Program-made: the position numbers and the translations under genes
The notes under the pieces: generated by a model
Seen by the model: only the letters and a program-made list of their open reading frames with translations
Database searches by the model: none
Told to the model about the DNA's origin: nothing
Assembly: GCA_964247135.1 (NCBI GenBank)
Contig: CAXTTL010000050.1
Span: forward strand, 1-23,344
Source: an uncultured Deinococcales bacterium
GTDB taxonomy: Bacteria; Deinococcota; Deinococci; Deinococcales; JAAFIG01
Direction: 5' to 3'
Length of the DNA: 23,344 nucleotides
Part shown: piece after piece, positions 8,229-16,150 of the stretch
How positions within the stretch are numbered: position 1 is the first letter of the stretch
How the letters are laid out: every line of letters begins with the position of its first letter

Positions 8229-8642
8229 ATGTACAAAGGCAGAGAGGGACAATGGGCTTTTTTTCTTCACCGACTTTCAGGCTTGGCATTGCTGGCATAT
8301 TTGTTGCTGCACACCTTCAGCATCGGTTCGGTGATGTTGGGCGAAAAGTTTTACTCGAGCATTCACGAAGTTTATGGTTTTGTGCTGTTCAGGCTGGGTT
8401 TGATCGGCGTGGCGGGAGCGGTTGCGTACCATGCGTTTAACGGTATTCGAATTATTTTGATGGATTTCACCGATTGGGGCGTCAAAGTCCAGCGTCAACT
8501 CTGGTACGGCGTGCTGGTCCTGGCGGTTGTTGCCACAGGAATCGCCGCTGTCTACAATCTGCCACGGATTTTTGACAACGATCCACTGACATTACGCCAC
8601 ACCTCGAGCCACACCGTTGCGCTGACGAAAGTGGTGCGCTGA
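8229..8642 (+). CDS. sdhC: Succinate dehydrogenase cytochrome b556 subunit
   Basis: MYKGREGQWAFFLHRLSG, YLLLH, YHAFNGIRIILMD; three TM helices; AGGAGG SD. Confidence 0.93.
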   Translation: MYKGREGQWAFFLHRLSGLALLAYLLLHTFSIGSVMLGEKFYSSIHEVYGFVLFRLGLIGVAGAVAYHAFNGIRIILMDFTDWGVKVQRQLWYGVLVLAVVATGIAAVYNLPRIFDNDPLTLRHTSSHTVALTKVVR

Positions 8643-9049
8643 TGGCGATCAAAGCACGTTCATTTAGAGACGCCAAAAGCCAGGCTAAATCCAACCCCGA
8701 ACTGGTCTGGTGGGTCTTCATGCGCTTGTCAGGCATGGCGTTGGTGGTTTTAACCATGTTCCACTTGTTTAAGAATTACATCATCACCTCCGAGCTTGGT
8801 TGGGATTATGCCAGCGTGGTTGGCAAATACTCCGAAGTGACCGAACGCCTGTACTTGCTGGCATTGCTCGCACTCGGTTTAACCCACGGCACAAACGGTT
8901 TGCGTTATGCAATAGACGACATGACCTCGAGAAATCCAGTGGCGCGGTTTTGGGTCAAAAGCCTTGCTTACATTGTCATCGCCCTAATATTTGTTTTTGG
9001 GCTTCTGGCATTGTTTGTGAACGTCACACCGCCAGCCCCACCAGCCTAA
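8642..9049 (+). CDS. sdhD: Succinate dehydrogenase hydrophobic membrane anchor
   Basis: WWVFMRLSG, HL, THGTNGLRYAIDD; translationally coupled to sdhC (TGATG). Confidence 0.92.
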   Translation: MAIKARSFRDAKSQAKSNPELVWWVFMRLSGMALVVLTMFHLFKNYIITSELGWDYASVVGKYSEVTERLYLLALLALGLTHGTNGLRYAIDDMTSRNPVARFWVKSLAYIVIALIFVFGLLALFVNVTPPAPPA

Positions 9050-9086
9050 AATTCTCGAGCAACCATTCGCAAACGAGGTCTAAGCA

Positions 9087-10844
9087 ATGAAAGCACACAA
9101 ATACGATGTCATCGTGGTGGGCGCAGGCGGAAGCGGTTTGATGGCGGCACTCTACGCCACCAAAAACGCGACTGGCAGCGTCGCCGTCATCAGCAAGCTC
9201 TACCCGACCCGTTCGCACACCGGCGCAGCCCAGGGCGGCGTCGGCGCGGCGCTCGGCAATGTGGACGAAGACCACTGGGAATGGCACATGTTCGACACCA
9301 TCAAGGGCGGCGATTACCTGACCGACCAGGATGCCGCCGAAATTTTTGCCAAAGACGTGATCGAAGCGGTGTTGGAACTCGAGCACATGGGACTGCCATT
9401 CTCGAGGCTTCCAAACGGCAAAATTGCGCAGCGTAGGTTCGGTGGTCACACCAAAGAATTCGGCAAAGCCCCAGTTCACCGCGCCTGTTACGCCGCCGAC
9501 CGCACGGGTCACATGATTTTGCAAACCTTGTACCAACAAAGCATCAAAGAGGGCGTGACGTTTTTTAACGAATACCTGGTGCTCGATTTGATCCTCGAGA
9601 CTGAAGCAGACGGTAAGAAAGTTTGCAAGGGCGTTGTTTCAATGGAGATGGCAACGGGCGAGATTCACACCTTCCACGCCAAATCGGTGGTGCTGGCAAC
9701 GGGCGGCAACGGGCGCATGTTCAAAGTCACCAGCAACGCCCACGCGCTCACAGGCGACCTGACGGGTATTGCGTACCGTCGCGGCATTCCGCTCGAGGAC
9801 ATGGAATTTTACCAATTTCACCCGACGGGCTTGTACAAACTCGGGGTACTGTTAACCGAAGGTGTGCGCGGCGAGGGCGGCATTTTGCGCAACGGCAACG
9901 GCGAGCGTTTCATGGAACGCTACGCCCCAACCATCAAAGACCTTGCCCCCAGGGATATTGTCTCGAGAAGCATGTACATGGAAATTCGTGAAGGGCGCGG
10001 CGCAGGACCAAACAAAGATTACATTCTGCTCGATGTGACGCACATCGACCCGAAGATTCTCGAGGAACGCCTGCCAGACATCATGGATTTTAGCCGCACT
10101 TACTTGCGTGTCGAACCGACCAAAGAACCCGTGCCAATTCAACCCACCGCGCATTACACGATGGGCGGCATTCCAACCACGATTGATGGCGAAGTGATTT
10201 ATGGCACGACCACCCAAGAAACCGTTCGTGGTTTGTACGCCGCCGGCGAGGTCGCCTGCGTCAGCCTTCACGGCGCAAACCGTCTGGGCACCAACTCTCT
10301 GGGCGACCTGATTGTCTTCGGTAAACGCACAGGTGTCGCCGCCGCCAAATACGCCAACCAAGCCAGCCTCGAGCCGATCACCGACGATGCCGACAAACGC
10401 ACCGAAGATTACGTTGCCAAAATCAAAAACTCGAGCGGCAGCGAAAGCGTCTCTAAAATCCGCAGCGAGTTGCAACAAACCATGCAGGACAACGCCAGCG
10501 TTTTCCGCACCGAAGAAACCCTGTCCACTCAAGTCGAAATCTTAAAAACCTTGTTCGCCCGTTACGAAAACATTGGCATCACCGACCGAGGCGAACGCTT
10601 CAACACCGACCTGATCGAAGCCATCGAACTCGGATTCCTGCTCGAGAATGCCGAAGCCTTTGTTCACAGTGCCCTCAACCGCCGTGAATCTCGAGGGGCA
10701 CACGCCAGGGAAGATTTTAAAGAACGCGACGACGTGAATTTCTTGAAGCACACCATGATTTTTAAAGGCGAAACTGGCAAGCCCGAAATCAAATGGAAAG
10801 ACGTAGTGCTCGGCAAATACGAACCGAAACCCAGAACCTATTAA
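9087..10844 (+). CDS. sdhA: Succinate dehydrogenase flavoprotein subunit
   Basis: GAGGSG, RSHTGAAQGG (covalent FAD His), QFHPTG, TEGVRGEGG, HYTMGG, HGANRLGTNSL, RRESRGAH. Confidence 0.97.
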   Translation: MKAHKYDVIVVGAGGSGLMAALYATKNATGSVAVISKLYPTRSHTGAAQGGVGAALGNVDEDHWEWHMFDTIKGGDYLTDQDAAEIFAKDVIEAVLELEHMGLPFSRLPNGKIAQRRFGGHTKEFGKAPVHRACYAADRTGHMILQTLYQQSIKEGVTFFNEYLVLDLILETEADGKKVCKGVVSMEMATGEIHTFHAKSVVLATGGNGRMFKVTSNAHALTGDLTGIAYRRGIPLEDMEFYQFHPTGLYKLGVLLTEGVRGEGGILRNGNGERFMERYAPTIKDLAPRDIVSRSMYMEIREGRGAGPNKDYILLDVTHIDPKILEERLPDIMDFSRTYLRVEPTKEPVPIQPTAHYTMGGIPTTIDGEVIYGTTTQETVRGLYAAGEVACVSLHGANRLGTNSLGDLIVFGKRTGVAAAKYANQASLEPITDDADKRTEDYVAKIKNSSGSESVSKIRSELQQTMQDNASVFRTEETLSTQVEILKTLFARYENIGITDRGERFNTDLIEAIELGFLLENAEAFVHSALNRRESRGAHAREDFKERDDVNFLKHTMIFKGETGKPEIKWKDVVLGKYEPKPRTY

Positions 10845-10848
10845 ACCC

Positions 10849-10991
10849 GTAGGGGCGCTGCTTGCTGCGCCCTTGCACGGAAATGACGCACTTGCTCGAG
10901 TTTTATTGTTCAAAAATTGATCGTCCTGTCGGGTGAACACAAGCGACCATGCCCGAAGGTGCGTATTATGGTCAAGAAGGTTCACCCCTAC
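10849..10991. repeat. Composite REP pair (BIME/REPIN-like) between sdhA and sdhB
   Basis: Plus-strand GTAGGGGCGCTGCTTGCTGCGCCCTTGC (10849-10876) and minus-strand GTAGGGGTGAACC...GTTCACCC (10991 down to about 10931); the outer ends GTAGGGG/CCCCTAC are complementary. Confidence 0.7.
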
Positions 10992-11016
10992 CAACAACCG
11001 AAAACAAGGAGCGAAC

Positions 11017-11715
11017 ATGCAGGTTGTTTTTAAAATCCGTCGTTACAATCCCGAAAAAGACAAGAAACCATACTGGGCGGAATACACGCTCGAGGTGGAC
11101 AAACGAGATCGCATTCTGGACATTTTGCATCGCATCAAATGGGAAATGGATGGCACGCTCAGTTTCAGGCGTTCGTGTGCGCACGGGATTTGCGGTTCGG
11201 ATGCGATGTTGATCAACGGGCGCAACCGTTTGGCGTGCAAGGTGCTGATTGAGGATTTGGGACAGACGATTACCGTCGAACCGATTCGGGGTTTGACCGT
11301 CGAAAAAGATTTGATTGTGGACATGAAACCGTTTTTCGAGAGTTACGAGGCGGTGCTGCCGTTTTTCATCAACGATGATCCTCCTCCCGCTCGAGAGCGC
11401 ATTCAAAGCGCCGAGGAACACGCGGTTTTCGAGGCGAGCACCAAGTGTATTTTGTGCGCGTGTTGCACCACCTCATGCCCCATTTTCTGGGTGAATGGGC
11501 AGTACCTTGGACCTGCCAGCATCGTTCAAGCGCACCGTTTTATTTTTGACTCGAGGGACAAAGGCGGCGCGAAGAGGCTCGAGGTTTTAAACCAGAACAC
11601 AGGCGTTTGGCGTTGTCGCACGGCGTACAACTGCACCGAGGCTTGCCCGAGGGATATTCCGATCACGGATATTATTGGTCAGGTGAAACGGGCGGTGTTG
11701 TACAGCAACACCTGA
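11017..11715 (+). CDS. sdhB: Succinate dehydrogenase iron-sulfur subunit
   Basis: FRRSCAHGICGSD...LAC, CILCACCTTSCP, CRTAYNCTEACP; AAGGAG SD before ATG 11017 (MQVVFK). Confidence 0.96.
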   Translation: MQVVFKIRRYNPEKDKKPYWAEYTLEVDKRDRILDILHRIKWEMDGTLSFRRSCAHGICGSDAMLINGRNRLACKVLIEDLGQTITVEPIRGLTVEKDLIVDMKPFFESYEAVLPFFINDDPPPARERIQSAEEHAVFEASTKCILCACCTTSCPIFWVNGQYLGPASIVQAHRFIFDSRDKGGAKRLEVLNQNTGVWRCRTAYNCTEACPRDIPITDIIGQVKRAVLYSNT

Positions 11716-11733
11716 AAACTTGAAGGGAATTTT

Positions 11734-11767
11734 AAGGCTCGAGCATCCAACGCTCGAGCCTTTTTTT
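11734..11767 (+). terminator. Intrinsic terminator of the sdh operon, stem formed by two CTCGAG copies
   Basis: AAGGCTCGAGC-atccaac-GCTCGAGCCTT running into T7. Confidence 0.88.
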
Positions 11768-11838
11768 AATCTGTGGTTTTGATTGATCAAAATTTGTTAA
11801 TCCTTGAGAATTCAAATCGTTTTAAAGAAAGCCAAACC

Positions 11839-11859
11839 GTAGGGTGCGCCCCGCGCACC
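11839..11859 (+). repeat. GTAG-type REP
   Basis: GTAGGGTGCGCCCCGCGCACC: GTAG followed by a GGTGCG/CGCACC hairpin, in a convergent intergenic gap. Confidence 0.6.
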
Positions 11860-11891
11860 AACGCTTGAAACACTCGAGCCTTTTCTTTGGC

Positions 11892-12662
11892 TTACATTGC
11901 CAGTGGCGGGGATTTTGTGAATCTCGAGCGTAAAAGCAGGGTTAATGCTGCCAGCAAGAACGCGATTGGAAGTCCGAAAAGCGCGAGTTTCACGGGTTGA
12001 TTCTCGAATAGTCTCGAGAATTCGTTCCAGTTGTCGGGTGTGGTATTTCCAGTGTTATAGGTTGCTTTGAGTGGGTTGGTCGCTTCCGTGGTCAAACTTC
12101 CTGTGAGTGGGTTGGTCGCTTCCGTGGTCAAACTTCCTGTGATTAGAAGATCTACTGTTGAATTGGCATCAACCGTGACGTATGCGGGTTTTTCTCGGGT
12201 TCGGTCAGTAGTCGTAACCCATGTAATTGAGCCTGGTGCTGCAATATATGTAGTCAGTTCGTGGAACAAGTTGCTCGAGAACATGTAGGCTTGACTTAAG
12301 TGCGTAATTGGCATGATCGTTGCGAAAATCAAGGCACACCAAAAAGCACTTTTGGGTTGGGTCAGTGCGGCAACAACCACACCAAAAACCAGAGCACCAA
12401 TGCTCAACTCGAGATGATGCTGTGCGTATAACCAACTTGCCAGGGTTGCCAGAATCACAACGCTCGAGATGCCCAGAATACGTTTGAACATGCTTGCTCC
12501 TTTTAACTCGAGATAAAATTGAATTCCGCCCAACGCCCATTCCAGTGCTGCTAAACTGTGTAATTCCTCGAGTTCGGTGAGCATTCCGCGTCCAATTTCG
12601 AGTTGAGGTTTTGGATAAAATCCAATAATCCAGCGCAGTAAAGCTCGAGCGATGGTTTTCAT
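11892..12662 (-). CDS. PadR-associated membrane protein
   Basis: Start overlaps the padR stop (ATGA); amphipathic N-terminus LLRWIIGFYP...GMLTELEE, several TM helices and a Thr-rich loop. Confidence 0.75.
   Translation of the reverse strand: MKTIARALLRWIIGFYPKPQLEIGRGMLTELEELHSLAALEWALGGIQFYLELKGASMFKRILGISSVVILATLASWLYAQHHLELSIGALVFGVVVAALTQPKSAFWCALIFATIMPITHLSQAYMFSSNLFHELTTYIAAPGSITWVTTTDRTREKPAYVTVDANSTVDLLITGSLTTEATNPLTGSLTTEATNPLKATYNTGNTTPDNWNEFSRLFENQPVKLALFGLPIAFLLAALTLLLRSRFTKSPPLAM
12068..12139. repeat. Perfect 36-bp tandem duplication (in frame)
   Basis: TGAGTGGGTTGGTCGCTTCCGTGGTCAAACTTCCTG x2, encoding TGSLTTEATNPL twice. Confidence 0.95.
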
Positions 12663-12964
12663 GCTTGGCTCGTTTTGAGTGTGCCGAGTGCTTGCGGTTT
12701 GGTTTGAAATTGCAACGCAAAGCTTGTACCGTCAGAGGTCAGTCGGTAGGCGTGACGTGGTGGTTTGCCTGGGCTGCTGGGTTCGAGCCAAGTGCTTTCC
12801 AAAAACCCGCTATCCTCGAGCCGTGCGAGGATTGGGTAGAGCGTGCCTGATTTGAGGTTGGTGCGTTTTGAGAGATCGTAACCATGCTGCCAGTTTCGGG
12901 GTTGCTCGAGTAAGGCTTGAAGTACGGTTTGGGTTTGTGGGCTGGTGTTGGGTTCTCGAGGCAT
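12659..12964 (-). CDS. PadR family transcriptional regulator
   Basis: HGYDLSKRTNLKSGTLYPILARLEDSGFLESTW...PPRHAYRLTSDG winged-helix signature. Confidence 0.92.
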   Translation of the reverse strand: MPREPNTSPQTQTVLQALLEQPRNWQHGYDLSKRTNLKSGTLYPILARLEDSGFLESTWLEPSSPGKPPRHAYRLTSDGTSFALQFQTKPQALGTLKTSQA

Positions 12965-12969
12965 GATTT

Positions 12970-12999
12970 AGTCTATATATGTAGAGTTTAAAAAGTCAA
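12970..12999 (-). promoter_or_regulatory. Leaderless padR promoter with overlapping operator
   Basis: TTGACT-N18-TAGACT, 5 nt before the ATG; near-palindrome TCTACATATATAGA (12972-12985) overlaps the -10 and spacer. Confidence 0.7.
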
Positions 13000-13030
13000 G
13001 CCTTGCAACCTCGAGCTTCGATTTCGGGTT

Positions 13031-13528
13031 TTATCCTGGTCTACCCGTACAGAGCCATTGCATCATGTGCGGAAACGACGCGACCCCAGATTCTGCACCG
13101 CGTTTTGCATCAACGGTCATGCCAAGCCATTGCAACATCGGCACGCCAAAACCATTGCCTTGACTAAACGTTTCGATCAGCGAATCGCCGCCGCCTCTGT
13201 AACCGTGCTCGTGAAACACAACTTCCAAGGGAATCTCGAGATGCACCGCCGCCGCGTAAGACCAGGCGATGGACATCATCTCCTCTGCCCCGTCACTGCC
13301 AGCGTTTAAGGTGGTCTCGAGCCGCTCAAGTGGGGGTTTGACCGCCAAATGACCTGCCTCGTGAAGCAAATCACCAGGGTATTTGAGTTTTGATTCGTCG
13401 ATCAGCAACGCGCCATGCTCGAGTTTGATGCCTGGTAAAAAACCATCCTCCTCAAAGGTTGTGATTTGAACATCCAAACCAATCTCGAGCAGGAAGTTCA
13501 CGATTTTTTCGGTGAGAGGATTGTGCAT
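13031..13528 (-). CDS. Hypothetical protein with HExxH motif
   Basis: GFLPGI, PGDLLHEAGHLAV, EEMMSIAWSYAAA, VFHEHGY, GVPMLQWLG; 165 aa. Confidence 0.75.
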   Translation of the reverse strand: MHNPLTEKIVNFLLEIGLDVQITTFEEDGFLPGIKLEHGALLIDESKLKYPGDLLHEAGHLAVKPPLERLETTLNAGSDGAEEMMSIAWSYAAAVHLEIPLEVVFHEHGYRGGGDSLIETFSQGNGFGVPMLQWLGMTVDAKRGAESGVASFPHMMQWLCTGRPG

Positions 13529-13574
13529 AGGGCATTCTCGAGGATGGATTCAAAAGCGTCAAGCTCGGGTTTTG

Positions 13575-14594
13575 TTAAGGGTAAATTCCCCATTTTGGTA
13601 ATCCCATGTCTTCGGGCAGTCCAAGCATCAAGTTCATGTTTTGAATCGCTTCGCCAGCCATGCCTTTGACCAAATTATCAATCGCTCCAAAAGCAATAAT
13701 GCGGTTGGCTCGAGCGTCAAACTTCACGGCTACATCGCAACGGTTGCTGCCCGCCACGGCTTTGGTGGTTGGCAGGTCGCTAGCGAAATGCACGAATGGT
13801 TCATGGGCAAACGCGTCTTGATAAAGCGCCTCGAGTTCGGCTTGAGTGGTGGTTTCGCTGGGCGTAACATAGCAATTGACCAAAATGCCCCGTGTGAATG
13901 GCGCAACCCTTGGCGTGAACGTTACGATGCTTTTTTGACCTGCCCGCTCGAGGTTCGCTTCCATTTCTGGGGTGTGTTGGTGCGTACCAGCGACCTTGTA
14001 GGCTTTGACGTTTTCGTTGGCTTCGGCAAAACTGAAGGCTTCGTTGTTGCGTCCACCTCCACTGATGCCGGTCACGCCGTCCACAATCACGCTGCCCGAA
14101 ATCAAACCCGCCTGCGCCAAGGGCATCATGGCGATTGCCGCAGCCGTGACAAAGCAACCAGGGTTTGCAGTCAGGCTCGAGCCTTTAATTTGGTCTCGGG
14201 TGAGTTCTGGTAGCCCGTAAGCGGCTTGGGCAATCAAATCTGGGTTTGAGTGCGTTTTGCCGTACCAACGCTCGTATTCGGCGGCTGGCAGCCTAAAATC
14301 GCCACTGAAATCAATCACTTTTTTACCCGATGCCAGCACTTTTGGCATCAAATCCATTGCCAAACCGTTCGGCAGTGCCAAGAAAATAAAATCGGATTTC
14401 CCAATCACCGTGTCCAAATCTTCAAACACCGTCTCGAGGGTGCTGTTCGACCAGCATTTGTTGAACGGTTGCCCTTCAAATTGTCTGGAGCTAAACCCCA
14501 CCAGTTCCACTTCGGGGTGACTCGAGAGCATCCGTGAGGCTTCGCCGCCACCGTAACCATTTGCACCAATAATGCCAACTTTGATTTTGCTCAC
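13575..14594 (-). CDS. argC: N-acetyl-gamma-glutamyl-phosphate reductase
   Basis: GANGYGG, FLALPNG, DFSGDFRL, YGLPEL, ANPGCF (catalytic Cys), HQHTPE, IDNLVKGMAG; follows argF, which favours ArgC over the LysY paralog. Confidence 0.9.
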   Translation of the reverse strand: MSKIKVGIIGANGYGGGEASRMLSSHPEVELVGFSSRQFEGQPFNKCWSNSTLETVFEDLDTVIGKSDFIFLALPNGLAMDLMPKVLASGKKVIDFSGDFRLPAAEYERWYGKTHSNPDLIAQAAYGLPELTRDQIKGSSLTANPGCFVTAAAIAMMPLAQAGLISGSVIVDGVTGISGGGRNNEAFSFAEANENVKAYKVAGTHQHTPEMEANLERAGQKSIVTFTPRVAPFTRGILVNCYVTPSETTTQAELEALYQDAFAHEPFVHFASDLPTTKAVAGSNRCDVAVKFDARANRIIAFGAIDNLVKGMAGEAIQNMNLMLGLPEDMGLPKWGIYP

Positions 14595-14612
14595 AAAAAC
14601 CTCAAATTTATT

Positions 14613-15548
14613 TTAGCCCATCAAGTGATACAGCAAAGCTTTTTGCGCGTGCAACCGGTTTTCGGCTTGGTCAAACACTTTTGATTTAACGTGCAACGTG
14701 GCTTCTTCAACCACTTCTTCCCCGTAATGCGCGGGCAAACAATGCAAGAAAATTCCGTCGGACGCAATCAACTCAAGCATCGCAGGGTTGACTTGAAAAC
14801 CCAGAAAATCTTTGATCTTGCGTTTTTGGCTGGCTTCGGCTTCTTGTCCCATGCTGACCCAAACATCGGTGTAGAGCACATTCGCACCCTCGGCGGCGGC
14901 TCGAGGGTCGTTGGTCAGTTCGATGCTCGCGCCCATTTTCATCGCCTCGAGCACCACGGCGGCGTTCGGTTCGTAACCGCGCGGCGTGGCGATGGTCAGT
15001 TTCGCGCCGGTCAAACCCGCCATGTGAATGTGGCTGTTTGCCATGTTGTTGCCATCACCGATGTAGGTGATTTTGAGGTCTTTGGGGTTGCCAAAATTTT
15101 CTTCGATGGTTTGGTAATCGGCAAGCAATTGCACCGGATGCAAGAAATCTGAAAGCCCATTGATGACGGGAACCCTCGAGAATTCCGCCAGCCCTTCCAC
15201 CGTCGAATGCAAAAACACCCGCGCCATGATGCCGTCCACCCAACGCTCGAGGTTCATGGCAACGTCGCGCACGGGTTCTCGGGTGCCAAGTCCAATGTCG
15301 CTGGGTGCAAGGTAAATCGCGTGACCGCCAAGTTGCGTCATGCCGACTTCAAAGGTTGTGCGGGTACGAAGGCTGGGTTTTTCAAAAACCATTGCCAGCG
15401 TTTGCGCCTCGAGCGGTTTTTGTCCCTTAAACTCGCCGCGTTTCATGGCGTGTGCGGTGTCCATCACGGCACGGTACTCGAGCGGGCTGAGGTCGAGGTT
15501 GCTTAAGAAATCGCGTCCTTTGAGGGTGTTGAAACTGGGTACGGTCAT
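14613..15548 (-). CDS. argF: Ornithine carbamoyltransferase
   Basis: FEKPSLRTR, HPVQLLAD, GDGNNMA, DVWVSMGQE (SMG loop), HCLP, QAENRLH; AGGAG SD. Confidence 0.95.
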   Translation of the reverse strand: MTVPSFNTLKGRDFLSNLDLSPLEYRAVMDTAHAMKRGEFKGQKPLEAQTLAMVFEKPSLRTRTTFEVGMTQLGGHAIYLAPSDIGLGTREPVRDVAMNLERWVDGIMARVFLHSTVEGLAEFSRVPVINGLSDFLHPVQLLADYQTIEENFGNPKDLKITYIGDGNNMANSHIHMAGLTGAKLTIATPRGYEPNAAVVLEAMKMGASIELTNDPRAAAEGANVLYTDVWVSMGQEAEASQKRKIKDFLGFQVNPAMLELIASDGIFLHCLPAHYGEEVVEEATLHVKSKVFDQAENRLHAQKALLYHLMG

Positions 15549-15618
15549 GGGCTGTCTCCTGTTGGTTTATGCAAGCTCGATTTTGGTGTCTGTGAGCACT
15601 TTTCGAGGGGTTAAAACA

Positions 15619-15653
15619 GGCGCAAGTATACAAGATGCTGCATAAACTTGCAA
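15619..15653 (-). promoter_or_regulatory. argF-argC promoter overlapped by ARG-box-like sites
   Basis: Minus strand TTGCAA-N17-TATACT; plus-strand TGCATAAACTTGCA (15639-15652) and a weaker box ending TATACA (15619-15632), offset by 20 bp. Confidence 0.7.
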
Positions 15654-15687
15654 TGAAAAACTTTAAAATCTCGAACCTCGAGTCAAA

Positions 15688-16062
15688 TCATATCGCGCCA
15701 ATCAACTCGAGCGCTTTCAGGGCAGGTTTGATCTGCTTGTCCTCGCACCAAGGAAACTCGAGCGCATTCACCCAACGCACGACCCGACCTTCTGGGCTGG
15801 CTTCGAGATGTTCGAGTTTCGCCAGGTAGCACCTGCACTGGTCTTCAGGGTCTTCAAACAAGAATTTGATGATCTTGACGCTTGCGCCAGCTTCCTCGAA
15901 AGCTTCTCGAGCAGCAGCCTCTTCAAAACTTTCGTCTGGATTAACACCGCCACCAGGAAACGTGAAAAAATCGTCATGTTCCACCAGCAACGCCAACTGT
16001 CCCTCGAGAATGCAGACGCAAGCGCGTCCAATTCTGTCTGGGCTGGGTGAAAGGTTCATCAT
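15688..16062 (-). CDS. Nudix hydrolase
   Basis: Nudix box GGGVNPDESFEEAAAREAFEEAG; start ATG 16062 (or 16059) after AAGGGA. Confidence 0.88.
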   Translation of the reverse strand: MMNLSPSPDRIGRACVCILEGQLALLVEHDDFFTFPGGGVNPDESFEEAAAREAFEEAGASVKIIKFLFEDPEDQCRCYLAKLEHLEASPEGRVVRWVNALEFPWCEDKQIKPALKALELIGAI

Positions 16063-16087
16063 GTTTTCCCTTGTGTGGCTCGAGACG

Positions 16088-16114
16088 GCAAGGCGCAGCA
16101 AGCAGCGCCCCTAC
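16088..16114 (-). repeat. GTAG-type REP, near-identical to 10849-10876
   Basis: Minus strand GTAGGGGCGCTGCTTGCTGCGCCTTGC; differs from the sdhA-sdhB copy by one C. Confidence 0.85.
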
Positions 16115-16150
16115 AACAGCTTTGGGTTGAAAACTCTCTGCCCTCCGCAA

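Noticed and set aside
9852-10532. Long antisense ORFs opposite sdhA, argC, argF and others
   Set aside because: Expected by-product of codon bias on the coding strand; no recognisable motifs.
10933-11016. N-terminal extension of SdhB
   Set aside because: Translates the REP region; the SD supports ATG 11017.
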